Shown one piece after another: positions 18,734-28,315 of a DNA stretch of 64,000 nt (positions are counted from its first letter, which is position 1; each line of letters begins with the position of its first letter). A program made the translations under genes and the position numbers. The notes beneath the pieces are model-generated. The model searched no databases and had not been told where the DNA came from. It saw only the letters and a list, made by a program, of their open reading frames with translations. Source of the stretch: Myxococcota bacterium (lineage in GTDB: Bacteria; Myxococcota_A; UBA796; SXON01); contig JAZKFH010000015.1 of NCBI GenBank assembly GCA_040386535.1, positions 96,001 to 160,000 on the forward strand, given 5' to 3'.

Positions 18734-19237
18734 TCACCCCGGCGCCGAGTACCTCAGCGGATACTCGAACCGGTCGCCGTCCGGCAGCGCGTGCGCCGGG
18801 AACTCCGCGTTCCGCAGCGCTTCCTGGACGCAGGCCTGCACCTCGGGTGTGGCGCCGCCGTCGTCCTCCACGTCCACCTTGGCGACGCGTCCCGTGCACG
18901 CCACGAGGATGGAGAGGCGCACGACGACCGAGGGGGAGTCGCCGAAACAGGCGAGGGAGGTCTGGGACGCGGCGCGCATCACCGTGCGCACGTCGCCGGG
19001 GTCGAGGCCGGCGGAGGCGACCATGTCCTCGGGGCCGACGTCGGTCGGGGGCGGGAGGCACGCCTTCTCGGCCGGCGGGCCGGCGGCGCGGGCCTTCTTC
19101 GCCTTCTTCGCCTTCTTCGGGGCGTCCGCCGTCGCGACGGGGGCGAGGGGCTCCGGTGCCGGCGGGCGCATCGTGTAGGCGACGGCGAGGAGGCCCACGA
19201 TCACGAGCGCGGCGAGGAGGAAGAGGGCGCGGCGCAC
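18734..19237 (-). CDS. Membrane-anchored AgmX/PglI C-terminal-like domain protein
   Basis: N-terminal TM; VRTVMR...LACF...GRVAKV.V...VQACV...FP...FEYPL. Confidence 0.65.
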   Translation of the reverse strand: MRRALFLLAALVIVGLLAVAYTMRPPAPEPLAPVATADAPKKAKKAKKARAAGPPAEKACLPPPTDVGPEDMVASAGLDPGDVRTVMRAASQTSLACFGDSPSVVVRLSILVACTGRVAKVDVEDDGGATPEVQACVQEALRNAEFPAHALPDGDRFEYPLRYSAPG

Positions 19238-19345
19238 GGAGTCTCCGGGACCCGGTGAGCGTAGCCCGGACGGCCCGGCGCGGACCTTACACCGCACGCG
19301 CGCCGGCGACGACGCGCCGCGATACCCGCCGGAGCACCTCCGAAG

Positions 19346-20281
19346 GTGTCCGTGCAGCTCCCCGACCCCGCGGCCCCCCCGCCCGCCGTGCTGCGCGTCG
19401 CCGGGCCGACCGCGCGCGTCGTGGCCCCCGGGGTGGCGCTGGTGCATGCCGACGCCCTCGCGTGGCTCGCCACCGTGCCGGATCGGAGCGTGCACGCCAT
19501 CGTGACCGACCCGCCGTACGGGCTGGTCGAGTATGCCGACACCGACCACGACAAGCTGCGCGGTGGGAAGGGCGGGGTGTGGCGCATCCCGCCCACGCTC
19601 GACGGGGTGCAGCGCGCGCCGGTGCCGCGGTTCACCGTGCTCGGGCCCAAGGAGATCAAGGCGCTGAGCGCGTTCTTCGTGAAGTCGGCCCGGGAGTGGC
19701 TCCGCGTGTTGGTGCCGGGCGGGCACGTGTTCCTCGCGTCGAACCCGCTGGTCTCGACGTCGACGTTCGCGGCCATCGCCGAGGTGGGGTTCGAGAAGCG
19801 CGGCGAGATCATCCGGCTGGTGACGACGCTGCGGGGCGGCGATCGACCGAAGGGCGCGCACGAGGAGTTCCCCGACGTGAGCGTGATGCCGCGCTCGGCG
19901 TGGGAGCCGTGGGGGCTGTTCCGCAAGCCGATGGAGGGCACGGTGGCCGAGAACCTGCGCCGCTGGGGCACCGGCGGGCTGCGGCGGCGCTCGGCCGAGG
20001 AGCCGTTCCGCGACGTGATCCCGTGCGCGCCCGCCCGCGGCGCCGAGCGCACGATCGCGCCGCACCCCTCGCTCAAGCCCCAGCGCTTCCTCCGCCAGCT
20101 CGTGCGCGCCGCGTTGCCCGTCGGGACCGGGATCGTGCTCGATCCATTTGCCGGCAGTGGCTCCACGCTGGCCGCGGCCGCGCACCTCGGCGTGTCGGCG
20201 GTGGGCGTGGAGCGGGACGCCGCGTATGTGGCGCTCGCGGTGGACGCGATTCCCAAGCTCGCGGCGCTGACCGTCCGGTAG
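19346..20281 (+). CDS. Site-specific DNA methyltransferase (N6-A/N4-C, beta class)
   Basis: IVTDPPY precedes HPSLKP and VLDPFAGSGST. Confidence 0.88.
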   Translation: MSVQLPDPAAPPPAVLRVAGPTARVVAPGVALVHADALAWLATVPDRSVHAIVTDPPYGLVEYADTDHDKLRGGKGGVWRIPPTLDGVQRAPVPRFTVLGPKEIKALSAFFVKSAREWLRVLVPGGHVFLASNPLVSTSTFAAIAEVGFEKRGEIIRLVTTLRGGDRPKGAHEEFPDVSVMPRSAWEPWGLFRKPMEGTVAENLRRWGTGGLRRRSAEEPFRDVIPCAPARGAERTIAPHPSLKPQRFLRQLVRAALPVGTGIVLDPFAGSGSTLAAAAHLGVSAVGVERDAAYVALAVDAIPKLAALTVR

Positions 20282-20334
20282 GCGCTCCCATCCCGGACCG
20301 GACAGCCGCGCCCCCGCCGGCTACGACGCGCGTC

Positions 20335-21813
20335 ATGCTGCTGCTCCTGCTCGCGTGCACCGCCGCCGACGACGCGCCGAAGCCGGACGACACCGGGGAC
20401 ACCGGCCCCGACACCGATCCAGACGACACGGCCCCGGACGACACGGGCGCCGGCCCGGCCGTGGGCTCGGTGGCGGATGCCGACGCGATCCTCTACGGGG
20501 CGTCGTCGGATGCCGTCGGCAACGCGGTGGCGTACGCCGGGGATGACGACGGCGACGGGTACGACGCGGTCGTGGTGGGCGCCTCGTTCCCCGGGCGCAC
20601 CTGCGTGTGGCGGGGACCGCTGGCGCCGGGCTCGCACGACTTCGCGGCGCTCGAGACGTGCTGGGCTCCCGAGGGCGCGCGCGACTACGCGGGGCAGGCG
20701 GTCGACGGCGGGCGCGACGTGACGGGGGACGGCGTGCCCGATCTGCTCGTCGCCGCGATCGCCAACGGCGAGGTCGGCCCCCTCGCCGGCAAGGTGTACG
20801 TGCTCGCCGGGCCCCACGTGGGCGGCTCGCTCGCCGACGCGGAGCTGCAATTCCTCGGCGAGTCGGCCAGCGACTACGCCGGCACGGCCGTGGTCCTGCT
20901 CGGCGACATCGACGGGGACGGCGGCGGCGACCTGCTCGTGGGCGCTCCCGCCAACGACGCGGGCGGGAGCGGCGCCGGGCGCGCCTACCTCGTGCGCGGC
21001 CCGATGGAGCCGGGCACGTGGAGCGTGGGCGACGCGTGGGCCACCTTCACGGGCGAGGGGCCCTCGGCCCTGCGGCACGGCGCCCCCGCGGCGGGCGACG
21101 GCGTCGGCAGCGTGGCGTGCGGCGCGGGCGACATGAACGGGGACGGCCTCGACGACCTGGTCCTCGGCGCGAACGGCAACGAGCTCGGCGGCAACGACGC
21201 GGGGGTGGCGGCGATCTTCTTCGGGCCGGTGGGCGAGGGCGACCATCCCCTCCAGGACGCCGACCAGCTGTGGATCGGAGAGGTGCCGCTCCAGTTCGTG
21301 GGCGACGCCGTGGCCGCGGCGGGCGACCTCGACGGCGACGGGCTCGCGGACGTGCTCGTGTCGGGCGAGATGGAGGGGCCGGGGGCCGTGTGGGTGGTGT
21401 CGGGGCCGGGGCTCCCCGGGACCAACTCGATCGGCGCGGCGACGATCCGCTTCGAGGGCGAGGCGATCCTGAACTTCGCGGGCGCCGCCACCGCGGGCGC
21501 CGGGGACACCGACGGGGACGGCTGGCGCGACGTGCTGATCGGGGCCTACGGGCGCGACGTGAGCGCGATGGACGGCGAGGAGGAAGCGGGCGCCGCCTAC
21601 CTCGTGCGCGGGCCGTTCGTGCCGGGCGTGTTCGACCTGCGCGACGCGTCCCACGCCTGGCACGGGCACGCCCCGGGCGACGAGGCCGGGCGCGCGGTGG
21701 CGGGCGGCGGCGACCTCGACGGGGATGGCCGCAGCGATGTGGTCGTGGCCGCGCCCTACTCCGACACCGGCGGCGCGTTCGGCGGCGAGGTCTACGCCTT
21801 CTTCGGGCCCTGA
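20335..21813 (+). CDS. FG-GAP (integrin-alpha) repeat lipoprotein
   Basis: About seven G..V...GD.DGDG..D..VGA repeats; MLLLLLAC. Confidence 0.85.
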   Translation: MLLLLLACTAADDAPKPDDTGDTGPDTDPDDTAPDDTGAGPAVGSVADADAILYGASSDAVGNAVAYAGDDDGDGYDAVVVGASFPGRTCVWRGPLAPGSHDFAALETCWAPEGARDYAGQAVDGGRDVTGDGVPDLLVAAIANGEVGPLAGKVYVLAGPHVGGSLADAELQFLGESASDYAGTAVVLLGDIDGDGGGDLLVGAPANDAGGSGAGRAYLVRGPMEPGTWSVGDAWATFTGEGPSALRHGAPAAGDGVGSVACGAGDMNGDGLDDLVLGANGNELGGNDAGVAAIFFGPVGEGDHPLQDADQLWIGEVPLQFVGDAVAAAGDLDGDGLADVLVSGEMEGPGAVWVVSGPGLPGTNSIGAATIRFEGEAILNFAGAATAGAGDTDGDGWRDVLIGAYGRDVSAMDGEEEAGAAYLVRGPFVPGVFDLRDASHAWHGHAPGDEAGRAVAGGGDLDGDGRSDVVVAAPYSDTGGAFGGEVYAFFGP

Positions 21814-23027
21814 GCCTTCGGGCCTTGAGGCGCCCGGCGGCGCCGCAGCCCCGCGAGTCCCATCAACAGCCCCGCCACGCCCGTCTCCGCGCCCGACCCG
21901 CCGCACCCGCACGTCGTCGCCTCTTCCTCGACGACCGGCGGCACGATGATCGTGTCGCACTGGCCGCCGCCGTAGGAGCCGGCCACCTGCCACGCGGAGA
22001 GCAGGGGGTCACACGTGGCCGAGGCGCACGCGGCGGGCAACGTGTCCTCGAGGCACGCCAGGGGCGTCCAGGTGTGGCCGTCCGTCGTGCTCGAGAGGTC
22101 GAAGCCGTCCTGCAGGTGGTCGCCACACGCGTAGCCGACGCCGCCGACGGTGCCCCCGCAGCGCACGGCGGGCACGTCGGCGCTCACCTCGGCCCAGGTG
22201 CCGCCGTCGTCCTCGGAGCGCCAGGTGCGCGCGCCCTGCACGGAGCCGAGGAGCAGCGCCCCGTCGAGCGTGAGCAGGCCGGGGGTGGAGTCGGTGTACC
22301 AGCCGGTCTCGAAGGTGGACGTGAACGTCGTCCCGCCGTCGTCACTCACGAGGAGCTCGGGTGTGTCGTCCGCGGTGCGGGTGCGCCGCCACACGAGCAG
22401 GCGGTCGCCCTCCGCGCGGAGCACACGGGGGTCCGTGTCGCCGTCGGGCCAGGCGTGCGCCAGGGTCCACGCCACGCCGTCATCCGAGCGCCAGAGCTCG
22501 CTCGCCAACGTGTCGACGTACACGACGGTCACCCACGCCCGCGTGCCGTCCGTCAGGGCGGACTTGGGGAACAGGCCGGGCGCCATCAGCTCGGTGGCGG
22601 CGCATCCGTCGGCATCGCACGACCATACGCCACCCGCGTCCCCCGCGATGCCGAGCGCGAGCCAGCGCGCGCCGTAGCCGGTGACGGCAGGGAAGTAGGT
22701 GCCCTCGGGCACGCCGGGCTGGAGGGTGGTCGTGCAGTCCGCCGCGACCGTCCGCAGGCCGCTGCGCGTGGCGACGACCGCGGTGCCGGGCCCGGTGGCG
22801 AGCACACCGTACAGATCGGCGCCGCCCAGCGCCTCCTCGCACAACCAGCCCCAGGACGCGCCGCCGTCCGTCGTGTGGGCGAGGCCCCACCCGTCCGTGA
22901 GCACCCAGATCTCGGCGGGATCGGCGGGCAACACGCTCACCGCCGTGGCGCCGAACGAGGCGCCGTGCCCGAAGGAGACCGGGACGAGCATCTGCAGCAG
23001 CATCTGGAAGTGCAACGAGAGGAGCAT
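21792..23027 (-). CDS. BNR/Asp-box repeat secreted protein with a MYXO-CTERM-like tail
   Basis: TTDGGASW, SDDGVAW, SDDGGTTF, SEDDGGTW; C-terminal CGC, hydrophobic stretch, RRRR. Confidence 0.75.
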   Translation of the reverse strand: MLLSLHFQMLLQMLVPVSFGHGASFGATAVSVLPADPAEIWVLTDGWGLAHTTDGGASWGWLCEEALGGADLYGVLATGPGTAVVATRSGLRTVAADCTTTLQPGVPEGTYFPAVTGYGARWLALGIAGDAGGVWSCDADGCAATELMAPGLFPKSALTDGTRAWVTVVYVDTLASELWRSDDGVAWTLAHAWPDGDTDPRVLRAEGDRLLVWRRTRTADDTPELLVSDDGGTTFTSTFETGWYTDSTPGLLTLDGALLLGSVQGARTWRSEDDGGTWAEVSADVPAVRCGGTVGGVGYACGDHLQDGFDLSSTTDGHTWTPLACLEDTLPAACASATCDPLLSAWQVAGSYGGGQCDTIIVPPVVEEEATTCGCGGSGAETGVAGLLMGLAGLRRRRAPQGPKAQGPKKA

Positions 23028-23103
23028 CGAGATGTGCGGGATCCTGCCCGGATCGGCTAACCACCTGAAGCCGCGCGGACATGGACGCGCGGTCGGAGGC
23101 GGC

Positions 23104-23961
23104 GTGCGCGGACTGTTGCTCGGGGTGTGGCTGGTCGGATGTACGGGGGAGGTGCCGGACGACACGGCGCCCGGGGCCTGTGACACGCCCGAGGCCGTGT
23201 CCGCCTACGCGGTCGAGTGGGAGACCGATCCGGGCCCCGCCGAGGCGGGCGTCGAGACCGAGTTCACCCTGCGCGTCCGCGACCAGCGCGGCTGCCCCAT
23301 CGAGGATCTGCAGGCGGCGCACGAGCGTTTCGTCCACACGCTGCTCATCAGCACGGACCTGGCGTCGTTCCAGCACCTGCACCACGAGGACTCCCTCGCG
23401 CTCACCGCCGAGGATCTCCGCAGCTCCACCTGGCACTTTCCGGTCACGTTCCCCGCCGCGGGCGACTACCGCCTCGTGTTCGACTACGCGCACCAGAACA
23501 AGTACCTGACCAGCACCGACTGGATGACCGTCGGCGGCGCGCCCACCCAGGCCGCCACGCCCGCGCTCGACTACTCGCTGGAGCGCACCGTGGGCGACCT
23601 CGTCGTCACGATGCGGTGGGATGTCCCGCCCTCCGCCGGGTACGAGGCCTCGTGGACCACGACCGTCCGCACGGCCGACGGCACCGACGTGACCGATCTG
23701 GTCCAGTGGCTCGGGGCCGACGCGCACGCCGCCGTCGCGACCGCCGACCTCGAGTGGGTCAGCCACACGCACGCGTGGTTCCCCGACATGGAGAACGTCG
23801 CGCCGGGCCACGAGATGCCCCACATCTACCTCGGGCCCGAGCTGCCGTTCCACTACACGTTCCCCAACGCCGGCCCGCACAAGGTGTGGGTGCAGTTCGT
23901 GCGCGAAGACGCGCCGGACGCGCCGTACGTGGCGGAGTTCGCGTTCGATGTGGCGCCGTAG
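23104..23961 (+). CDS. His-rich secreted heavy-metal-binding-type lipoprotein
   Basis: HERFVHTLLISTDLASFQHLHH and WLGADAH...SHTH in duplicated domains; LVGC lipobox. Confidence 0.68.
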   Translation: MRGLLLGVWLVGCTGEVPDDTAPGACDTPEAVSAYAVEWETDPGPAEAGVETEFTLRVRDQRGCPIEDLQAAHERFVHTLLISTDLASFQHLHHEDSLALTAEDLRSSTWHFPVTFPAAGDYRLVFDYAHQNKYLTSTDWMTVGGAPTQAATPALDYSLERTVGDLVVTMRWDVPPSAGYEASWTTTVRTADGTDVTDLVQWLGADAHAAVATADLEWVSHTHAWFPDMENVAPGHEMPHIYLGPELPFHYTFPNAGPHKVWVQFVREDAPDAPYVAEFAFDVAP

Positions 23962-23982
23962 GGATCTTGGGGCGGGGAGGAT

Positions 23983-24020
23983 TCTTGGGGCAGGGGCTCC
24001 GCCCCCGCAACGCCCCGGAG
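23983..24020 (+). repeat. REP-like intergenic repeat, copy 1
   Basis: TCTTGGGGCAGGGGCTCCGCCCCCGCAACGCCCCGGAG nearly matches the reverse complement of 58656-58690. Confidence 0.6.
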
Positions 24021-24112
24021 CCACGTGATTTGAACTTCGCGCGTTCTCGCTCGAATTCGTCCAGCCCTGTAAGCGCTCCCTCCGCCGGTCGTTCTCGCGC
24101 CCGAGGTTCCCC

Positions 24113-25756
24113 ATGAAGCGCTGGATTCCGCTCGCCCTGCTCCTCGCCGCTTGCTCGCAGGACGGGCCGTCCGCCACTGCAACGAGCGCCCCGGCCCCCG
24201 CGCCCCGGAAGGAGAAGGCTGACACCGGCATGCCGGCTCCGGCGTCCCCCCAGAAGGCGCCCGCCCGCATGAAGCAGGGGGCCCGGGGGCCGAGCGACCC
24301 CGTCTCCGAGCCCGCGCCCGCGCCCACGACCACGACCGGGGGCTACATGGGCGTGGACGACTTCACGCAGGAACAGAGCCTCGAGGACCGGCAGGGCCGC
24401 ATGAAGACCCGCCGCGAAGACGGCGACAAGAGCGAGACGAAGCGGCCCGAGGCCCCCCGCGCGACCACCGAGTTCGGCGGCAAGGTGTACCTCTCGAACG
24501 ACGACACGATGAGCCTCGCCAGCGCCCAGCGCGTGCTCTGGTCCGTATCCGAGGGCCGCGCGGTCGCCTCCTCCGAGCTGCGCCCCCACGAGCTCCTGAA
24601 CTACTTCACCTTCGAGGCCCCCACCATCACGAAGGCTGCCACGTTCGGCGTCGGCGCCTCCGCCGTCCGCACCGCCGACGGCGTGGCGCTGGCCCTCACC
24701 GTCACCGGCGCCAGCCCCCAGCGCCGCCCGCTCGACCTGACCGTGCTGCTCGACCGCTCGGGCTCCATGGAGGGCGAGCGCATGACGCTCGTGAAGCGCG
24801 GCCTGACCCGCATGGTCGACCGCCTGCACGTCGGCGACCGCGTGAACGTCGTGTTGTTCGACGACAAGGTCGACGTCGTGCGGAAGGGCTTCCAGGTCGG
24901 CACGGACGACCTCGACGATCTGCGCCTCCTGTTCGAGGACGTGACCCCGCGCGGCAGCACCAACCTCGACGCCGGGCTGGAGGCCGCCTATGCGCTGGTG
25001 CGCAGCCGCGATCTGAAGGGACGCGACGCGCGCGTGTTGGTCGTCACCGACGCGCGGATCACCGCCGGTGACCTCGACGCCGCCCGCGTGAGCGAGATCG
25101 CGCGCGCCTTCGACGAGAGCCGCGTGCGCCTCGCCGCCATCGGCGTGGGCGACGACGTGGACGACCGCGTGCTCCAGCAGCTCACCGAGAAGGGCCGTGG
25201 CGCCTACGTGTTCCTGGGCAGCGAGAAGGTGGTCGACCGGGTGTTCGGGAGCGGCTTCGATGCGCTGGTGAACGTGGTGGCCGACGACGTGCGCTTCGCC
25301 CTCGACCTGCCGGACTCGCTCGGCATGAGCCGCTTCTACGGCGAGGAGATGAGCACGACCAAGGCCGACGTGCAGCCCGTCAGCTTCTTCGCGGGCAGCA
25401 CGCAGGTGTTCCTCCAGGACCTGAAGGTGGCCGAGGGCGGCTACGGCAAGAGCGACCCGCTCGTGCTCGACCTGGCGTGGCGCGATCCGCTCACCGGCAA
25501 GGACCGCACGCAGCGGTGGACCAGCACGCTCGGGGCCGCGCTCGGCGGCGATCTGTCGAACGTGACCAAGGCCCGCGCGCTGATGGCGTGGACCGATCTG
25601 GTGCGTGTCGGCTCCAACGACTGCACCCGCGAGAAGAAGGAGTGGCAGGGCCGCGCGAAGACCTTCGGGGGCGACACCGAGACCCGCTACCTCGACGGGC
25701 TCGTGGCGAGCTGGTGCCCGGTGAGCCGCGGCGGGGCGATCGCCGAGGCGGAGTAG
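24113..25756 (+). CDS. vWA domain lipoprotein (YfbK-like)
   Basis: RPHELLNYF, MIDAS LLDRSGSM, GSTNL, VTD; LLAAC lipobox. Confidence 0.85.
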   Translation: MKRWIPLALLLAACSQDGPSATATSAPAPAPRKEKADTGMPAPASPQKAPARMKQGARGPSDPVSEPAPAPTTTTGGYMGVDDFTQEQSLEDRQGRMKTRREDGDKSETKRPEAPRATTEFGGKVYLSNDDTMSLASAQRVLWSVSEGRAVASSELRPHELLNYFTFEAPTITKAATFGVGASAVRTADGVALALTVTGASPQRRPLDLTVLLDRSGSMEGERMTLVKRGLTRMVDRLHVGDRVNVVLFDDKVDVVRKGFQVGTDDLDDLRLLFEDVTPRGSTNLDAGLEAAYALVRSRDLKGRDARVLVVTDARITAGDLDAARVSEIARAFDESRVRLAAIGVGDDVDDRVLQQLTEKGRGAYVFLGSEKVVDRVFGSGFDALVNVVADDVRFALDLPDSLGMSRFYGEEMSTTKADVQPVSFFAGSTQVFLQDLKVAEGGYGKSDPLVLDLAWRDPLTGKDRTQRWTSTLGAALGGDLSNVTKARALMAWTDLVRVGSNDCTREKKEWQGRAKTFGGDTETRYLDGLVASWCPVSRGGAIAEAE

Positions 25757-25790
25757 GCGCCGCACCCATCCGAGCGGATAGCCCCCCCGG

Positions 25791-26699
25791 ATGCCCGTGC
25801 CGCTCGACCTGAACTACCACCACCTGCGGCTGTTCTGGGCGGTGGTGAAGGAGGGCGGGGTTGCGCGCGCGGCCAAGCGGCTCGGCCTCTCGCAGCCCAC
25901 CGTGTCCGGCCAGCTGCGGACCCTCGCGGAGCAGGTCGGCACCCCGCTGTTCACCCGCGCGGGGCGCACGCTCGAGCTCACCGACACCGGGCGGGTCGTG
26001 TTCCGGTATGCCGACGAGATCTTCTCCCTCGGGCGCGAGCTCGCGGCGGTGCTCGCCCAGGGCGGGGTGGACCACCCCGTCGTGACCGTCGGCGTGGCCG
26101 AGGCCGTGCCGAAGATGCTCGCGCACCGCCTGCTCGCGCCGGTGCTCCTGCTGCCCCAGCGCCCCCGGCTCGTGGTGCACGAGGACCGCACCGACCGCCT
26201 GCTCGCCGAGGTGGCCGTCCACCGGCTCGATTTCGTGCTCACCGACACGCCGATGCACCCCGCGATCAAGGTCAAGGCGTGGCACCACGGCCTCGGCGAG
26301 TCCCCGGTCGTGTGTGTGGCCGAGCCCGCGCTCGCCGCGCGCCTGCGCCCCAGCTTCCCCGCCTCGCTCGACGGCGCGCCGCTGCTCCTCCCCACCGAGC
26401 AGGCGGCGGTGCGCCGCTCCCTCGACGTGTGGTTCGAGGAGAACGGCTTGCGCCCGGACATCGTCGCCGAGCTCGACGACAGCGCGCTGATGAAGACCTT
26501 CGGCGCCTCCGGGGCCGGCGCCTTCTTCGTGAGCGAGGCCGTGCTCCCCGCCGTGGAGGCCTTGTACGGCGTGGAGCGGGTGGGCGCGGTCCCGGCGGTG
26601 CGCGAGCGCTACTACGCCATCTCGGTGGAGCGGCGTGTGCGCCACCCCGCGGTGGTGGCGCTGATGGAAGCGGCGGGGTCGGTGCTGCGGCAGCGCTGA
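25791..26699 (+). CDS. LysR family regulator, NhaR-like
   Basis: LNYHHLRLFWAV..EGGVARAA..L.LSQPTVSGQL; YADEIFSLG; DDSALMKTFG; RRVRHPAV. Confidence 0.9.
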   Translation: MPVPLDLNYHHLRLFWAVVKEGGVARAAKRLGLSQPTVSGQLRTLAEQVGTPLFTRAGRTLELTDTGRVVFRYADEIFSLGRELAAVLAQGGVDHPVVTVGVAEAVPKMLAHRLLAPVLLLPQRPRLVVHEDRTDRLLAEVAVHRLDFVLTDTPMHPAIKVKAWHHGLGESPVVCVAEPALAARLRPSFPASLDGAPLLLPTEQAAVRRSLDVWFEENGLRPDIVAELDDSALMKTFGASGAGAFFVSEAVLPAVEALYGVERVGAVPAVRERYYAISVERRVRHPAVVALMEAAGSVLRQR

Positions 26700-26712
26700 C
26701 GGGGGTGGGCGC

Positions 26713-27669
26713 TCACGAGGCGTTGCGGCGCGGCGTGGTCGTGGAGGCCCGCGTCGCGAGCAGGGAGGCCACGATCGAGCCGACCACGAGCGTGGCGACC
26801 ACGCCGAGCGACACCGGCGTGGGGATCTTGAACCACTCGACGATCGACATCTTCACGCCGACGAACACCAGCACCAGGGCCAGGCCGGTCTTGAGGTACA
26901 CGAAGCGCGGCACGATGTCGGCGAGGAGGAAGTACATCGAGCGGAGGCCGAGGATGGCGAAGATGTTCGAGGTGAAGACGATGAACGGGTCGGTCGTGAC
27001 CGCGAAGATGGCGGGGATCGAGTCGACCGCGAACACGAGGTCGGCGAGCTCGATGAGCACGAGCACGAAGAACAGGGGTGTCGCGAGGCGGCGGCCGCCC
27101 TCGACCGTGAAGAAGTGGTCGCCCCGGTAGCCGTCGGTGCTCGGAATCCAGCGGCGCAGGAGGGTGAGGATGCGGTTCTGCGTCACGTCGGCCTCCGGCG
27201 CGTCGCGCTGCCAGAGCATCTTGAGGCCCGTGAAGACCAGGAAGCCGCCGAAGATGTAGATCACCCAGTGGAAGCGGGTGATGAGCGCCGCGCCCGCGAA
27301 GATGAAGATCGCGCGCATCACGAGCGCGCCGAACACGCCCCAGAACAGCACGCGGTGCTGGTAGGCCGCGGGGACCGCGAAGGCGCCGAACACGGCCACG
27401 AACACGAACAGGTTGTCGACCGCGAGCGATTTTTCGATGGCGTAGCCGGTGAGGAATTCGATCGCCTTCTGCGAGCCGTACCAGTGGTCGACCAGCCCGG
27501 CGAACCCGAACGCGCACACCACCCAGACGACGCTCCAGCCGAGCGCCTCCCGGAACGACACCGTGTGAGACTTGCGGTGGAACACCCCCAGATCGAGAGT
27601 GAGCATGAACACGACGAACAGTAGAAAGCCGGCCCACATTGCGGGCGAGCCGATGCCGAGCAGATCCAC
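26713..27669 (-). CDS. TerC/Alx family membrane protein
   Basis: EKSLAVDNLFVF, QHRVLFWG, DLVFAVDSIPAI, TSNIFAILGLRSMYF. Confidence 0.93.
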   Translation of the reverse strand: MDLLGIGSPAMWAGFLLFVVFMLTLDLGVFHRKSHTVSFREALGWSVVWVVCAFGFAGLVDHWYGSQKAIEFLTGYAIEKSLAVDNLFVFVAVFGAFAVPAAYQHRVLFWGVFGALVMRAIFIFAGAALITRFHWVIYIFGGFLVFTGLKMLWQRDAPEADVTQNRILTLLRRWIPSTDGYRGDHFFTVEGGRRLATPLFFVLVLIELADLVFAVDSIPAIFAVTTDPFIVFTSNIFAILGLRSMYFLLADIVPRFVYLKTGLALVLVFVGVKMSIVEWFKIPTPVSLGVVATLVVGSIVASLLATRASTTTPRRNAS

Positions 27670-27708
27670 GGTGACTCCAGTCGGCCCTTAGATACGATCC
27701 GGGGATGA

Positions 27709-27759
27709 ATCGGACGAATCGATTCGTCATGAGCGATACATCGATTGTTTCGATGTATC
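27709..27759. promoter_or_regulatory. Two LysR-type ATCG-N7-CGAT boxes in the terC / luxR-type intergenic region
   Basis: ATCGGACGAATCGAT (27709-27723) and ATCGATTGTTTCGAT (27740-27754), the latter inside GATACATCGA-N5-TCGATGTATC. Confidence 0.65.
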
Positions 27760-27823
27760 CGGAGCTCGTCCGAACTCCCGCGCCGGGGTCTTCGCTTATA
27801 GGGACCGGCCCGAGAGGTGAACC

Positions 27824-28285
27824 ATGCTGCCAGCCCTCGTGCTGCTCACCGACGCGAACGGGCGGATCCTCCACGCCAACGATCCGGCGCGCGCCGTGCT
27901 CGGGCCGTGCGTGGAGCGTCAGTGTTGTGAGCTCCTCCAGACCGACTGCACGGCGGCCGACCCCGCCGCCGGCGGCTACCACGAGGTCGGGAACGTCACG
28001 ACGAACGGGATCGTCGGGCATGTGGCGCGCTCGGAGATGGGCGAGCAGTTCGTCCTCGTGGTCCAGCCGCGCGCGGTGGCCGCCCACGACCTTCAGCCGC
28101 TGACGCCCCGGGAACGCGAGATCCTCCATTGGGTGTCACGTGGCCTCACCGACGTGGCGGTGGCAGAGCGGATCGGCCTCCAGCCGAGCACCGTGCGCTC
28201 CCACATGGAGAGCGTGCGCCGCAAGTTGAAGGTCCGGAGCCGCTCCCAGGCCATCGCCCGGGCGACCGCGGCCGGCATCCTGTAG
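27824..28285 (+). CDS. PAS-like plus LuxR-type HTH transcriptional regulator
   Basis: LTDANGRILHAN N-terminus; LTPREREIL..VSRGLT...A..I.LQPSTVRSH C-terminus. Confidence 0.82.
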   Translation: MLPALVLLTDANGRILHANDPARAVLGPCVERQCCELLQTDCTAADPAAGGYHEVGNVTTNGIVGHVARSEMGEQFVLVVQPRAVAAHDLQPLTPREREILHWVSRGLTDVAVAERIGLQPSTVRSHMESVRRKLKVRSRSQAIARATAAGIL

Positions 28286-28315
28286 CAGGCATGCGGCTTG
28301 CAACGAGCGGCCTGC

